This document shows, piece after piece, positions 28,867 to 40,082 of a DNA stretch of 41,286 bases. The notes under the pieces were generated by a model that was not told where the DNA came from, did not search any database, and saw nothing but the letters and a program-made list of their open reading frames with translations. The DNA is from Thermoplasmata archaeon. Its GTDB lineage: Archaea > Thermoplasmatota > Thermoplasmata > SG8-5. The stretch is from contig JAWOHM010000130.1 in the NCBI GenBank assembly GCA_046485165.1, forward strand, positions 1 through 41,286, in the 5' to 3' direction. Both the position numbers and the translations under genes were made by a program. Every line of letters starts with the position of its first letter. Position 1 is the stretch's first letter.

Positions 28867-29037
28867 TACAGACCACCAAGGCCGGTATCGGCAAGTTGAC
28901 CATAAGCATTTCGATTTGAAAGGGAACGGACCAGGCCTGAATTCATTCGGTAAGGATTCGACAGACAATCTTAAATAGATATTACCCAATCACGTTTTAT
29001 CAAAATTTATCAATGCATTGAGAAAGGAAGTGTAGTT

Positions 29038-32000
29038 ATGGGCCGAATCGATATGCTGACATCCGGTAATGAGTCATGGAAGAGAACGTGCGCCATATTT
29101 ATAGTGGCGATAATGGTTTCAATGATCGGGGCACCCATGGTTACGGTGGGCGGAACCTCTTTCGAACCTCCCGAGTCTGATATCATAATTACTCCCCCGG
29201 GCAACATCATCTATGCGCCTGACCTCACCGACAAGCTCCCTGGCGAGGGCGTGCAACCCATTCATAACGCGGATCCCGAGTTGACCTCCTTAACTCCAGC
29301 TGTGGATTATCAGATAACAAGCCCCGGCGAAGACGGGCCCGCACAGCCTCTATCATCTGCCGGAAAGCGTCCCGTCGGACAGCCCGCTTGCAGCGGGCAA
29401 TCGTGCACAATAACACCTGACTCTTCGGTTCAGGATTTTGGAATAGGTGCCCTGCCCGTAGAAACGCCCACGGCCGCACCCGTTCAGCCGGCGCCCGATG
29501 ATTCCCCATGCGACTTTGAGCAGGATTTCTACAACGCTGCGGGATCTCCCGGGACGAATGTGGATCATACCATCACAATTTACAATGTGGGTTCCGACCC
29601 AGACACCTACGACCTTTTGGCGGTGAGCGTGTGGCCAGTTGTGTTTTTCAACACATTTGGAACATCTATCACTTCCGTTTACGTGGCAGCGTCCAGCAGT
29701 TCAGATTTCATCGCCCGCGTGGCCGTTCCGGGCGGCGCCTCGCCCGGCGACTTTGACGCTGCCGATATCACCGCAACATCCCAAGCTGATGGCTCGGTCA
29801 CCGACACCGCGCGTGTCCAGACCCAGGTCCCGATAGGCATAGATTGGCTCGATGATTTCGAGAGCGGCATGGGCGCGTGGACGACCGAAATAATCAACCC
29901 GAGCAGCTGGGCGCCGACCGAGTGGGAGATAGACGATCCAAATGGTTGGGGCCCGGGGACAGGATACCTCAGCACGAACTGCGCGGGCACGAACATTGAC
30001 GACCTCTACTACTCGCGGTATGGGGACATCACCCTGATGAGTCCCTACGTGGAGCTTGGAACGAGCCCCCCCCAGATACTGAGCTTCCACACCTGGTACA
30101 GCATCCGCTACGGGTGCGACGCCCGTGACGGCGGCTTCGTGGAGATAAACGACGGGACCGGCTGGGAGCAGATCTACCCGGTGGGCGGCTACCCGGACAG
30201 CGGGGGCATGGGCGGCTACGACACGGACGGTTTCTCCGGCGTCAGCAATGGCTGGGAATACTATGAATTTGACATCTCCGGCTATGCTGGAGACGTCGTC
30301 CAAGTCAGGTTCCACTTTGCATCAGAATACTGTGGAAACTGGTACCATGGCTGGTATGTTGACGATGTCGCCATATTCTCGCCGGAATACAGGTGCAAGC
30401 TGGCACCCGAGTTCCAGGCGGACCTGGGAATTGCGGGTTCGGCAACAGAATATTTGCTGACGATGACCAACACCGGGGCGAACCCCGACACATACAACCT
30501 CACGTACCTGAACACGTTCCTGCCTTGGACCGTGGATTTCTTTGACGCCTCCATGATGCCCATCACGCAGGTCGGGCCATTGGTGTATGGCCAGAGCCAG
30601 AATTTCTATGCCCGGGTCAGTGTGCCGGGCGGAGCTTCCCCCGGAGAATTAGATGTTGCCGAGATCATGGCGACCTCGCAAGCGGATCCCGCGGTTTTGG
30701 ACACGGCGCAGGTGCAAACCCAGGTGCCATATGCCATCGATTGGTTTGATGATTTCGAGAGCGGCATGGGCGCATGGCTCGCCGAAGTGATCAACCCGAG
30801 CACCGAGGCCCCCACCGAATGGGAGATAGGCAACCCCAATGGGGCTGGCCCCCACACCGCTTTAAGCGGGACGCAATGTGCCGGCACCAACATAGACGAT
30901 TATTACTACCCTTCTTACGCGGACATCGTGCTGATCAGCCCGTTCGTTCAAATGGGCGCAGGCAAGCAGATGCTGAGTTTCCACACCTGGTACGACACAT
31001 ACATCGGAAATGATTGCTATCCGGACGGCGGCTTCGTGGAGGTAAACGGCGGAACCGGCTGGTCTACCATCACGCCCGTGGGCGGCTATCCCCAGGACAG
31101 CGTCGGCCCCGACGATGTGGACGGCTTCGGCGGCCAGAGCGCAGATTGGGAATACTTCGAGTTCGACCTTTCTGCCTACGCCGGTGACATCATCCAGGTC
31201 AGGCTCCGATTCGTGACCGAGAGCTGCAGAAATAACTACTGGGGCTGGTATGTTGATGACGTGTACTTCGGGACGCCCCCTGCTTACAGATGTGAACTGT
31301 CGCCCGGAACGCAGGCCAACTACGGCTACCCAGGCACCTATCCGACGCATCTTCTGACATTGACCAACACCGGCTGGGGCGGCGATGACACTTACTCGCT
31401 AGCACAGAGCGGGCCGGCAATTTGGCCCATCTCCAATTTCTATGACACGGATTGGAACCTCATTACCGAGATATTCGTTCCGGCAGGCGGCAGCGCCGCG
31501 TTCTACGCCGAGGTCCAGGTGGCGGTCGGAGCCACGCCGGGAGAGTTGTCGTCGGCAATGGTCCAGGCGACCTCGCAGGGTGACGGGACAGTGTGGGACA
31601 CAGCCGAGATAATCACCTATGTGCCCTACCAGCTAGACTGGTCCGATGGATTCGAATCCGGCGCAGGCGCCTGGTTCAACGACGTGATATCTCCGAGCAG
31701 ACCGTCAACCAATTGGGAGATTGGCAGCCCGGCAGGACCCGGGCCGGGAGCGGCGTACAACGGTGCAAATTGCGCCGGGACCAACATAGATGATTACTAC
31801 TATGCCATGTCTGGCCGGGAATTATTCACCCCGGATATCGCCCTCAACACCCCGTTCGTGGAGCTCGGCGCAGGCCGAAGCGTGCTGAGCTTCTACACCT
31901 GGTATAACATCCGCAACGGGTGCAGCTGCACAGCCAGGGACGGCGGCTTCGTGGAGATTTACGATGGGACTGGCTGGGAGCAGATCTACCCTGAGGGCGG

Positions 32001-35000
32001 CTACCCCGACAATGGCATCATGGGCGGCTATAACACCGAGGGTTTCTCCGGCGACAGTGCTGGCTGGGAGTTCTACCAATTCGACCTGGCCGACTACGCG
32101 GGAGAACTGGTTCAGGTGCGATTCCACTTCGCGGCCGAGAGTTGTTTTGATTCGTATTCCGGCTGGTATGTGGATGACGTCTCGATACGCTCGGCCGACG
32201 ATTACTGGTGCATGCTGACCCCCGACCACCAGTCCGATTGGGGCCCGGCCAATTCAGATATTGATTACACCCTAACTTTGACCAATGCGGGAACAGAGAA
32301 CGACACGTATGACCTGGCATTGTCCAGCGGATGGGCGGCCGGCCTGTATGACCTTGCCTGGAATCCGATATCCTCCATCGGCCCCCTCGTTGGCGGGGCC
32401 AGCCAGGACTTCCATCTACGTGTCAGCATACCCGATGTCGATCTGACAAACCATAATCTGGCGACAGTCACGGCGACATCCCAGACGGATTCAGGTTCTC
32501 GGGATGTGGCCGAGGCCGCCACTTACCTGTTCCAAGTCCCGAACCGGGTCGCGATATTCCGGTCCCAGCGGCCTTATGGCTCCATCCGCGGCACCGATGA
32601 CATTCTCAACTCCTGGGACATACCTTACAGAACATTTTCGCCTGCCAGCATCGGCGTCGTTGACCTGGCCCCATATGACAAGGCCATAATAGTGGCCGGC
32701 GGCTACCAGGATGCATCCCTGTTTTCGGCGATATCCGCGAACAAGGCCTGGTTCGAGAGCTTCGTGACTGCGGGCGGCGTGCTAAACATCCATGCCTGGG
32801 ACGATGGCGAGTTCTTTGACATCCCTATGGAACTCGAAGGCACACTTTCCTATGGCATCAACCCCAATGTAGCAGACCCTGCACATCCCTTCCTCAACGT
32901 CCCGAACGTCATATCCACCGTGGGCACTTGGTGGTACACGTATTATAAATATTTCACAAGCTGGCCCTCTTGGGCGGCCCCTGTCATCACCGAGACAAAC
33001 ACCGGCATGTCCCAGCCACTGCTGCTGGACTATCCGTGGGGCAACGGGCGGGTCATCGCTTCCGGGCTTGCTTGCGAGAGGGGATGGGAATGGTACGGCT
33101 CCAGGCTGCTGGAGAACCTGATACTGGCGATGGACGGCACCGCGGTCCCGCCAGCATATGCTCATTTCCTCTCGCCCGATTCCGTCACGGCCTTAGGCGT
33201 TCCCGGCGGGAGCGTTGATTGCACATTCACCCTGTCTAACCTCGGGGCAACCGATGACACATACGCGCTATCGCACGTTCCCATCGGGCCGGCCTTGTGG
33301 GGGGTGTCCGGGTTCTATGACGAGTCTATGAATCCCATAACGAGCATATTCCTGCCTTCCGGCGCAAGCACCGGTTTCACGGCCCGCGTACAGATACCGG
33401 CCGGCGCCGCCCAGGGCGATTATGACCTCTCCGAGATAGTGGTATCTTCACAGGGCAGCGGCGATTCAAGGGCTTCCGAAATACGAACCAGTGTCCCACA
33501 CCAGGCAGATTGGTTGGAGAATTTCGAGACCGGTGGGAGCGGATGGACCACGGAAGTGTTCCAGCAGGGCGATCCCGAGACCAACTGGGAGATAGGCGAC
33601 CCCTTGGGAACGGGTCCCGGCTCGGCATACTCAGGCTCGCAATGCGCCGGCACCAACATAGACACTTATTACTACGGCAGCTCGAGCTATGAATTGGACA
33701 TGACGCTGAACTCGCCCTGGGTGGAGCTTGATGCCGGCCCTCAGGTATTGACTTTCTACACTTGGTATTCCACGCATTTCAGCGAATGGTGCGGCGCCCG
33801 CGACGGCGGCTTCGTCGAGATAAACGACGGCAGCGGCTGGACGCAGATATACCCGGTCGACGGGTACCCCGTGGCCGACGGCGACTTCGGCGGCTACTGG
33901 ACGGACGGCTTCTCCGGCCAGAGCGATGGTTGGGAGTACTACGAGTTCGACCTGTCCGCGTATTCCGGCGACATCGTTCAGATACGGTTCCACTTCGGCA
34001 CCACGAGCTGCCGGAATCTGTGGGGCTGGTACGTTGACGATGTCTTCATCGGCAGCCCCCCTTCGTATAGATTCGATTTGACGCCTGACTTACAGATATC
34101 TTACGGAACCCCCGGGGGCACGGTAAGGTATTCTTTGACCATCACCAACACCGGAGGCGATGACGATTCCTACGCCCTGTTCTCAGGCAGCGCCTGGCCG
34201 GTGACATTCCTGGACCTGGCATTGAACCCCATAACTGCGATAGGGCCTGTGGGCTTCTACGGCGGAACAGCGAAGTTCTACGCCCAGGTCGGGATACCGG
34301 GCGGCGCGCTTCCAGGGATATATGACAACGCGGACATTTATGTTATCTCCCAGGGCGACCCCGTGTTCTGGCAACAATCCCAGGTGCGGACCATGGTGCC
34401 GTTCCAGACAAATTGGTTCGACGATTTCGAGTCCGGTTGGGGACTATGGGCCGCCGAGGTAATCCGAATGAGCACCAACGCCCCGACAGAGTGGGAGATT
34501 GGCGATCCGGATGGCGCCGGACCAGGTTCCGCTTTCAGCGGGACGCAATGCGCCGGCACCAACATAGACGATTATTACTATTCCTATGACGCGGACATCA
34601 CCCTGGTGAGCCCGTTCGTTGAACTGGGTGCGGGCCTGCAGATACTGAGCTTCCATACATGGTATGAGATGCAGCCGGGCTGCGGCTCGAGCTGGATGTA
34701 CCCGGACGGCGGCTTCGTCGAGATAAACGCCGGCACCGGTTGGACGCAGATATACCCGACTGGTGATTATCCGGCCCAGAACGGTGAGTTCGGCGGCTAC
34801 GACACGGATGGCTTCTCCGGCCATAGCGATGGCTGGGAGTACTACGAGTTTGACATCAGTGCATGGGCTGGCGACGTCGTGCAAGTGCGGTTCCACTTTG
34901 CTACCGCTAGCTGCCAAATTTACGATGGGTGGTACGTTGACGATGTATTCATGGGCAGCCCTCCGCCTTACAGATTTGAGGTAGCGCCGGACTTCCAGCT

Positions 35001-36642
35001 ATACTACGGGCAGCCCAACGACATGGTCAGGTACAGGGTGGCCATCGCCAACACCGGAAACAACGATGACACTTACAACCTCATTTCAAACAGCGTCTGG
35101 TCGGTGAACTTCCTGAGCCTTGCATTGGCCCCGATAACATCGATAGGGCCAGTTGGCTTCTATGGCGGCGCCATCGAGTTCTACGCGCAGGTCACAATAC
35201 CGATCGGGGCCCAGCCGGGGTCGTTCGACATCGCGGAAATCAGCGTGATATCCCAGGGCGACCCGGGCATTTGGGAGACAGCCCTTGTGCAGACGCAGGT
35301 GCCTCATGCGATAGACTGGTTCGACGGTTTCGAAGGCGACTGGAGTGAATGGACCACCGAAGTTCTCTCTCAGGGCTATCCCTCCACTTTATGGGAGATC
35401 GGCAATCCGGACTGGGCTGGTCCTGGCACCCCTTACAGCGGCGATAACTGTGCTGGAACGAACATCGATGACTATTATTTCGGCCAATATAATAATCAAC
35501 TGGACATGACGCTCAACAGCCCTTACATAAAAATCGGCATCGGCACACAGATATTGAGCTTCCATACATGGTACAGTTTACACGCCGGATGCGACAATGT
35601 GGACGGCGGCTTCGTCGAGATCAACGACGGCGGCGGGTGGGTCCAGATATATCCCACCGGCGGCTACCCCGATTCGGGAAGAATTGGCGGATACAACACC
35701 GACGGTTTCTCAGGAGACAGCGACGGCTGGGAGTTCTACGAGTTCGACCTCTCCGCATATTCGGGGGACGTAGTTCAGATACGGTTCCACTTTGCGACAA
35801 CCAGCTGCAGATGGCTGTCGGGCTGGTACATAGACGAACTGTCAATAGTGGCCCTGCCAACCATAATCAGCGCTTCCCCGGCCAATGGCGCGACCGGCGT
35901 CAACCTGGCATCACAGGTGGTCGTGGCGTTCAACAAGCCCATGGACCCGGCCACGGTCACATATACATGCACACCGGACCCGGGCGGCTGGTCCGTGAAC
36001 TGGAACGCTGGTAGAACGTTGGCGGCTTTCACACACTCTAACCCATTCACGGAGAATCTCGATTACACGTTCGAGATCACGGGCGGGAATGACGAACTTG
36101 GGGTCGCGCTGGTGGCCGGATTGATACCCAATCCCTGGACCTTCACGGCCATGGGCGTCCACCCGACCATAGTCAGCACCTCGCCGGTTGCAGCCGAAAC
36201 CGATGTGCAGTTGGACGCAGACATCGTGGTCGACTTCAGCGAGCCTATGATCCCCGGTTCGGTTACTTACACCTGCGCGCCAGACCCGGGCGGTTGGTCT
36301 GTCTCATGGAACCCCGACAACATGACGGCCACTTACAGTCACACCAACCCGTTCCAGGAGAGCACAATCTACACCTTCACCGTGACCGGTGGAACCGACA
36401 TACCGGGCAACGCCCTGGTCGCCGGAGCGGTTCCCAACCCCTGGTCCTTCCGCACGCTGGACGTCCCCCCATACATAGTCAGCACATACCCGTCCCACGG
36501 CGCGGCCGGCCTGAACGCGGTTCCGCTGGACGCGGACATAGTCGTCACATTCAGCGAGCCCATGGTGCCCGCTGTGGACATCCAATGCACCCAGACCCGG
36601 GCGGCTGGTCCGAGGTATGGAACCCGGAAAACACGGTGGTGA
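29038..36642 (+). CDS. Giant secreted repeat surface protein, N-terminal part (six Ig-like plus MAM/cleaved-adhesin-like units, then Big_5-like repeats)
   Basis: Signal peptide; six repeats of DDFESG..WEIG.P..CAGTNID..DGGFVE..GFSG..WE.YEFD...GWYVDDV. Reading frame lost at ~36590. Confidence 0.85.
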   Translation: MGRIDMLTSGNESWKRTCAIFIVAIMVSMIGAPMVTVGGTSFEPPESDIIITPPGNIIYAPDLTDKLPGEGVQPIHNADPELTSLTPAVDYQITSPGEDGPAQPLSSAGKRPVGQPACSGQSCTITPDSSVQDFGIGALPVETPTAAPVQPAPDDSPCDFEQDFYNAAGSPGTNVDHTITIYNVGSDPDTYDLLAVSVWPVVFFNTFGTSITSVYVAASSSSDFIARVAVPGGASPGDFDAADITATSQADGSVTDTARVQTQVPIGIDWLDDFESGMGAWTTEIINPSSWAPTEWEIDDPNGWGPGTGYLSTNCAGTNIDDLYYSRYGDITLMSPYVELGTSPPQILSFHTWYSIRYGCDARDGGFVEINDGTGWEQIYPVGGYPDSGGMGGYDTDGFSGVSNGWEYYEFDISGYAGDVVQVRFHFASEYCGNWYHGWYVDDVAIFSPEYRCKLAPEFQADLGIAGSATEYLLTMTNTGANPDTYNLTYLNTFLPWTVDFFDASMMPITQVGPLVYGQSQNFYARVSVPGGASPGELDVAEIMATSQADPAVLDTAQVQTQVPYAIDWFDDFESGMGAWLAEVINPSTEAPTEWEIGNPNGAGPHTALSGTQCAGTNIDDYYYPSYADIVLISPFVQMGAGKQMLSFHTWYDTYIGNDCYPDGGFVEVNGGTGWSTITPVGGYPQDSVGPDDVDGFGGQSADWEYFEFDLSAYAGDIIQVRLRFVTESCRNNYWGWYVDDVYFGTPPAYRCELSPGTQANYGYPGTYPTHLLTLTNTGWGGDDTYSLAQSGPAIWPISNFYDTDWNLITEIFVPAGGSAAFYAEVQVAVGATPGELSSAMVQATSQGDGTVWDTAEIITYVPYQLDWSDGFESGAGAWFNDVISPSRPSTNWEIGSPAGPGPGAAYNGANCAGTNIDDYYYAMSGRELFTPDIALNTPFVELGAGRSVLSFYTWYNIRNGCSCTARDGGFVEIYDGTGWEQIYPEGGYPDNGIMGGYNTEGFSGDSAGWEFYQFDLADYAGELVQVRFHFAAESCFDSYSGWYVDDVSIRSADDYWCMLTPDHQSDWGPANSDIDYTLTLTNAGTENDTYDLALSSGWAAGLYDLAWNPISSIGPLVGGASQDFHLRVSIPDVDLTNHNLATVTATSQTDSGSRDVAEAATYLFQVPNRVAIFRSQRPYGSIRGTDDILNSWDIPYRTFSPASIGVVDLAPYDKAIIVAGGYQDASLFSAISANKAWFESFVTAGGVLNIHAWDDGEFFDIPMELEGTLSYGINPNVADPAHPFLNVPNVISTVGTWWYTYYKYFTSWPSWAAPVITETNTGMSQPLLLDYPWGNGRVIASGLACERGWEWYGSRLLENLILAMDGTAVPPAYAHFLSPDSVTALGVPGGSVDCTFTLSNLGATDDTYALSHVPIGPALWGVSGFYDESMNPITSIFLPSGASTGFTARVQIPAGAAQGDYDLSEIVVSSQGSGDSRASEIRTSVPHQADWLENFETGGSGWTTEVFQQGDPETNWEIGDPLGTGPGSAYSGSQCAGTNIDTYYYGSSSYELDMTLNSPWVELDAGPQVLTFYTWYSTHFSEWCGARDGGFVEINDGSGWTQIYPVDGYPVADGDFGGYWTDGFSGQSDGWEYYEFDLSAYSGDIVQIRFHFGTTSCRNLWGWYVDDVFIGSPPSYRFDLTPDLQISYGTPGGTVRYSLTITNTGGDDDSYALFSGSAWPVTFLDLALNPITAIGPVGFYGGTAKFYAQVGIPGGALPGIYDNADIYVISQGDPVFWQQSQVRTMVPFQTNWFDDFESGWGLWAAEVIRMSTNAPTEWEIGDPDGAGPGSAFSGTQCAGTNIDDYYYSYDADITLVSPFVELGAGLQILSFHTWYEMQPGCGSSWMYPDGGFVEINAGTGWTQIYPTGDYPAQNGEFGGYDTDGFSGHSDGWEYYEFDISAWAGDVVQVRFHFATASCQIYDGWYVDDVFMGSPPPYRFEVAPDFQLYYGQPNDMVRYRVAIANTGNNDDTYNLISNSVWSVNFLSLALAPITSIGPVGFYGGAIEFYAQVTIPIGAQPGSFDIAEISVISQGDPGIWETALVQTQVPHAIDWFDGFEGDWSEWTTEVLSQGYPSTLWEIGNPDWAGPGTPYSGDNCAGTNIDDYYFGQYNNQLDMTLNSPYIKIGIGTQILSFHTWYSLHAGCDNVDGGFVEINDGGGWVQIYPTGGYPDSGRIGGYNTDGFSGDSDGWEFYEFDLSAYSGDVVQIRFHFATTSCRWLSGWYIDELSIVALPTIISASPANGATGVNLASQVVVAFNKPMDPATVTYTCTPDPGGWSVNWNAGRTLAAFTHSNPFTENLDYTFEITGGNDELGVALVAGLIPNPWTFTAMGVHPTIVSTSPVAAETDVQLDADIVVDFSEPMIPGSVTYTCAPDPGGWSVSWNPDNMTATYSHTNPFQESTIYTFTVTGGTDIPGNALVAGAVPNPWSFRTLDVPPYIVSTYPSHGAAGLNAVPLDADIVVTFSEPMVPAVDIQCTQTRAAGPRYGTRKTRW

Positions 36643-38978
36643 CATTCTCCCACAACCCGTTCACGGAGAGCACGTTCTACCTCTTTGAGGTGGTGTTAGG
36701 TGAGGACCTGGCAGGCAACCAGCTTGACGTCGGCCCTGTGCCCAACCCCTGGACCTTCACCACGGTGGACGTCCTCCACATAATAGGCGCGGACAGGGCG
36801 CAATTCATAGACAGTCCTCCTGAACCTCAGGCCGGCGGACCCAACTACGTCATGCTGAACCTGACCATATGGGCCTCAGGCAACACCGCGACTCTGACCT
36901 GGCTGAACATCTCTCAGCCCAGCACAGCGGGGGACGAGAACATCACCTGTGTCAAGCTGATAGAGGACATGGACGGCGACGGCAACTGGTCTGTCGGCGA
37001 CCGCATACTGGCGACAACGACGCTGGTCGGCGGCTTCGCCAATTTCACGAACATAAAGAACAATGTGTTCACCTCTACTCCGAGAAATCTCTTGATAGCT
37101 TACGACATCAGCACAGATGCCCAGCTGGACCTGAGCCCGGAGATAGCAGCCAGCGTCGTCGGCGCAGGCGTGGCGTCTCCCGACCTTCTGAACCTGACGC
37201 TTCCGATAGAATCGACTTATATGTGGATATGGCAGGACACCACCATCCAGCCGTATGTGATGTCGACAGACCCCGCTCCGGGAGCCGGCGACCAGCCGCG
37301 CACCGTCAAAGTAAACATAACCTTCTCGGAGGACATGGACAACACAACCATCAACGCCCAGAACATCACCGTATCCGGAGGCGTTCAGGCCAGGAATTTC
37401 GTGTTCACAGAGGGCAACAGAACAGTGACCTTCGAGTTCGATAATGCTCTGGCATACGTGACAACCTACAAGGTCACCCTGAATGGCAGCGCCATCAAGG
37501 ACATTGACGGGAACCCACTGGACGGCAACATGAACCGGATAGTGGAGCCATGGCCGGACGATGACTACAACTGGACGTTCATGACGGAGCTTGCTCCGGA
37601 CACCACAGCGCCGGAATCGCAGGCAAACGATCTGCCCGCCTATTCCACCACATCCATGATAACCATCACCTACGGATCTTTCGACCCGGACGTTGCCGGG
37701 GCGAAGACCAGCGGCGTGAATGACGTGGAGCTGTGGTACAGCAAGGACGGCGGCACATGGACACTCTACGGGACCTTCACCAGTTCCCCGATACAGTTCA
37801 ACAGCTCTGCCACCGGCGGCGACGGGAAATATGATTTCTACACAAGGGCCAAGGATGTTGCGAACAATCAGGAGAACGCGCCATCCACGCCGGATGCCAC
37901 CACAATCATAGACACCACCCCCCCGACGGCCAGCATGGTCGCGCTCCCGACATACACCACCGCCACCATGTTCACAGTGACAGCCACGGCAGCGGATGAG
38001 AACGGCATCGACCGCGTGGTGCTCTACTACCGGAGGAACAACGGGACCTGGCAGCCCTACGGCGCGCCAGATAACACGAGCGCATACGAATGGGAACTCG
38101 ACATCTCCAAAACAGGAGGCAACGGCTTCTACGAGTTCTTTGCCATGGCTTATGACAAAGCAGGGAACGCAAGGGCTCTGGCCCTGGCCGATGCGTCGAC
38201 CAAGGTTGACAACGCCCCGCCCACGGCAATTGGCGCCCCGACAGGCCAGAACGTGCCCGTCACCACTAACATCACTGTGACGTTCAACGAGCCAGTGAAC
38301 AGGACCCAGGCCGAAGCCGCATTCTCCGCATCTCCGAACGTGGCAGGAACATTCATCTGGAACGACGCTGGCACGGTGATGACCTTCGTTCCGAACTCAC
38401 CGCTCGCCGTTGACACGGAATACACCCTCATGCTGAATGCCACCGGGATACTTGACCTCGCCGGAAATCATATGTCCGCCGACAAGAACTGGACCTTCCG
38501 CACATCGCTCGCATCCGCAACCGGCACCACAATCACCGGCAGGGTGGTGGACGGGGGCGAGAATCCCATCGAAGGCGCCACCGTCACCATAGTCGGAACG
38601 AGCTTTACCGCGGTCACCAATGCCAATGGCGTTTACACGTTCTCCGGGGTCTCTGCGGGCAGCTACACGATAAGAGTGACCTGCCCCGGCTACTACACCG
38701 AGGAGATATCCGTGGAAGTGCCAGATGGCAGCATAGTCGTGGATGCGCCGACCATAGTCCTTGAAGCGAGAAAGGGATTCACGATGGCCGAGACAGGCAT
38801 GATATTCCTGATAATCCTGGTTGGCGTGGGAATCGCCCTGATATCCGTCTTGAAGCTGTTGAAGAAGAAACCGCAATCACCTCCCGGGAGCGGTTCCGAG
38901 GAGAATATCGGCAGCCCGGAGGGCGAATCCGAGATGCCTCCGGAAGGCCCCGGATACGAGTCCCCCCCTCCGGAATAA
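36593..38978 (+). CDS. C-terminal part of the same surface protein after a frameshift (Ig-like domains, carboxypeptidase-regulatory-like domain, TM anchor)
   Basis: Continues the third PDPGGWS..WNP..HNPF repeat in another frame; GRVVD..PIEGATV..TNANGVY; C-terminal TM plus KKK. Confidence 0.8.
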
Positions 38979-39116
38979 ATCGGCGCTCATGATGAAATAA
39001 CGGCGAAACGCCCTTTCCCCACTGTAAAGAGGTCAAGGGACAATTGTTTCCAATAGCAGTGTAACTCAGTTCAGAAAACTAAATAAACACTTATCATTGA
39101 TGGGGGGTGCAGTAAC

Positions 39117-39647
39117 ATGACCCAGCGACAGCACAAGGGCGCCGTCATACTCGGCTACCTGGATTTCATAAAACGGCAGTGGGGTCAGGACGGCCTCGAT
39201 GATTGCCTTGGCTCGATAGATATGAATATGGATGAGATAAAGGCGGAATTTCTGTATGACCTTGAGTTCGCTCAACCCGTCCTCGAATGGATATCGGCGC
39301 AAAAGGGCATGGAATATGTCAGAAAGTCCGGGAACCATACCGTGAAGAACCTGGGGGCCCTGGCTTACCTGGTGAGATTCGTCAATATCAAGCACCTGCT
39401 GAAGCGGGCCAAGGACAATTATGCGGACACGTTCAACTATGGCGAGGTCTCTGTGATGTCTGATGATTTCAGCAAGAAGGCCCTGGTCATAATGAAGAAT
39501 TGCAACTTCTACGAGGAATCAAATGCGGCATGGCTGGGTGCCTTCGAGGGCATGCTGGAGGTGACCCGCACAAAGGGCCGGGTGAAGCAGAACAAATGCC
39601 AGCTCACGGGAGATGATTATGACGAATTCATCCTTGAATGGGAGTGA
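39117..39647 (+). CDS. Hypothetical protein, possibly H-NOX/V4R-like ligand-binding fold
   Basis: KG...DFIKRQWGQDG N-terminus and CQLTGDDYDEFILEW C-terminus resemble V4R-like proteins; family assignment is inference. Confidence 0.6.
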   Translation: MTQRQHKGAVILGYLDFIKRQWGQDGLDDCLGSIDMNMDEIKAEFLYDLEFAQPVLEWISAQKGMEYVRKSGNHTVKNLGALAYLVRFVNIKHLLKRAKDNYADTFNYGEVSVMSDDFSKKALVIMKNCNFYEESNAAWLGAFEGMLEVTRTKGRVKQNKCQLTGDDYDEFILEWE

Positions 39648-39651
39648 GACC

Positions 39652-40080
39652 TTGGAGCTCAGAACATTGTCCCCGCAGCATTATGGCGAAATAATCCGGG
39701 TTTGGGAAATGGCAGGCCTATCGTATCGCCCGAAAGGCCGTGAGAGCCGGGCCGAAACGGAAAGGCAGATGGCGCTGGACCCGGAGATGTGGCTGGGCTG
39801 TTTCATCGGGGGGGAACTCGCGGGCGTGGTCGTCGGAAGCTATGATTCAAGAAAGGGATGGATGAACAGGCTGGCCGTTGTCCCCCAACACCGAAGGAAG
39901 GGCGTGGCCAATGCCCTGGTGCGGGAGATGGAGCGGCTGCTTCGGGCCAGGGGGTTCGGCATCATCGGCGTCCTTGTGAACGACGACAACGAGGCGTCCC
40001 TGTCCTTGTTCAGGGAGTCCGGCTATGAAACTCTGGACCATATCCTGTACTTGAGAAAGCTGGATGACCCGGACATCTGA
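39652..40080 (+). CDS. GNAT family N-acetyltransferase
   Basis: RLAVVPQHRRKGVA acetyl-CoA motif; N.ASLSLF..GY. TTG start after GGAGTGA assumed (ORF open from 39613). Confidence 0.9.
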   Translation: MELRTLSPQHYGEIIRVWEMAGLSYRPKGRESRAETERQMALDPEMWLGCFIGGELAGVVVGSYDSRKGWMNRLAVVPQHRRKGVANALVREMERLLRARGFGIIGVLVNDDNEASLSLFRESGYETLDHILYLRKLDDPDI

Positions 40081-40082
40081 CG

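Noticed and set aside
36294-36592. Independent gene start for the 894-aa ORF
   Set aside because: The first ~100 codons are an out-of-frame read of the upstream ORF; the meaningful sequence starts at the frameshift.
29038-36642. Diversity-generating retroelement acting on the adhesin repeats
   Set aside because: No reverse transcriptase or template repeat in the window; loops differ by indels, unlike adenine-specific substitution.
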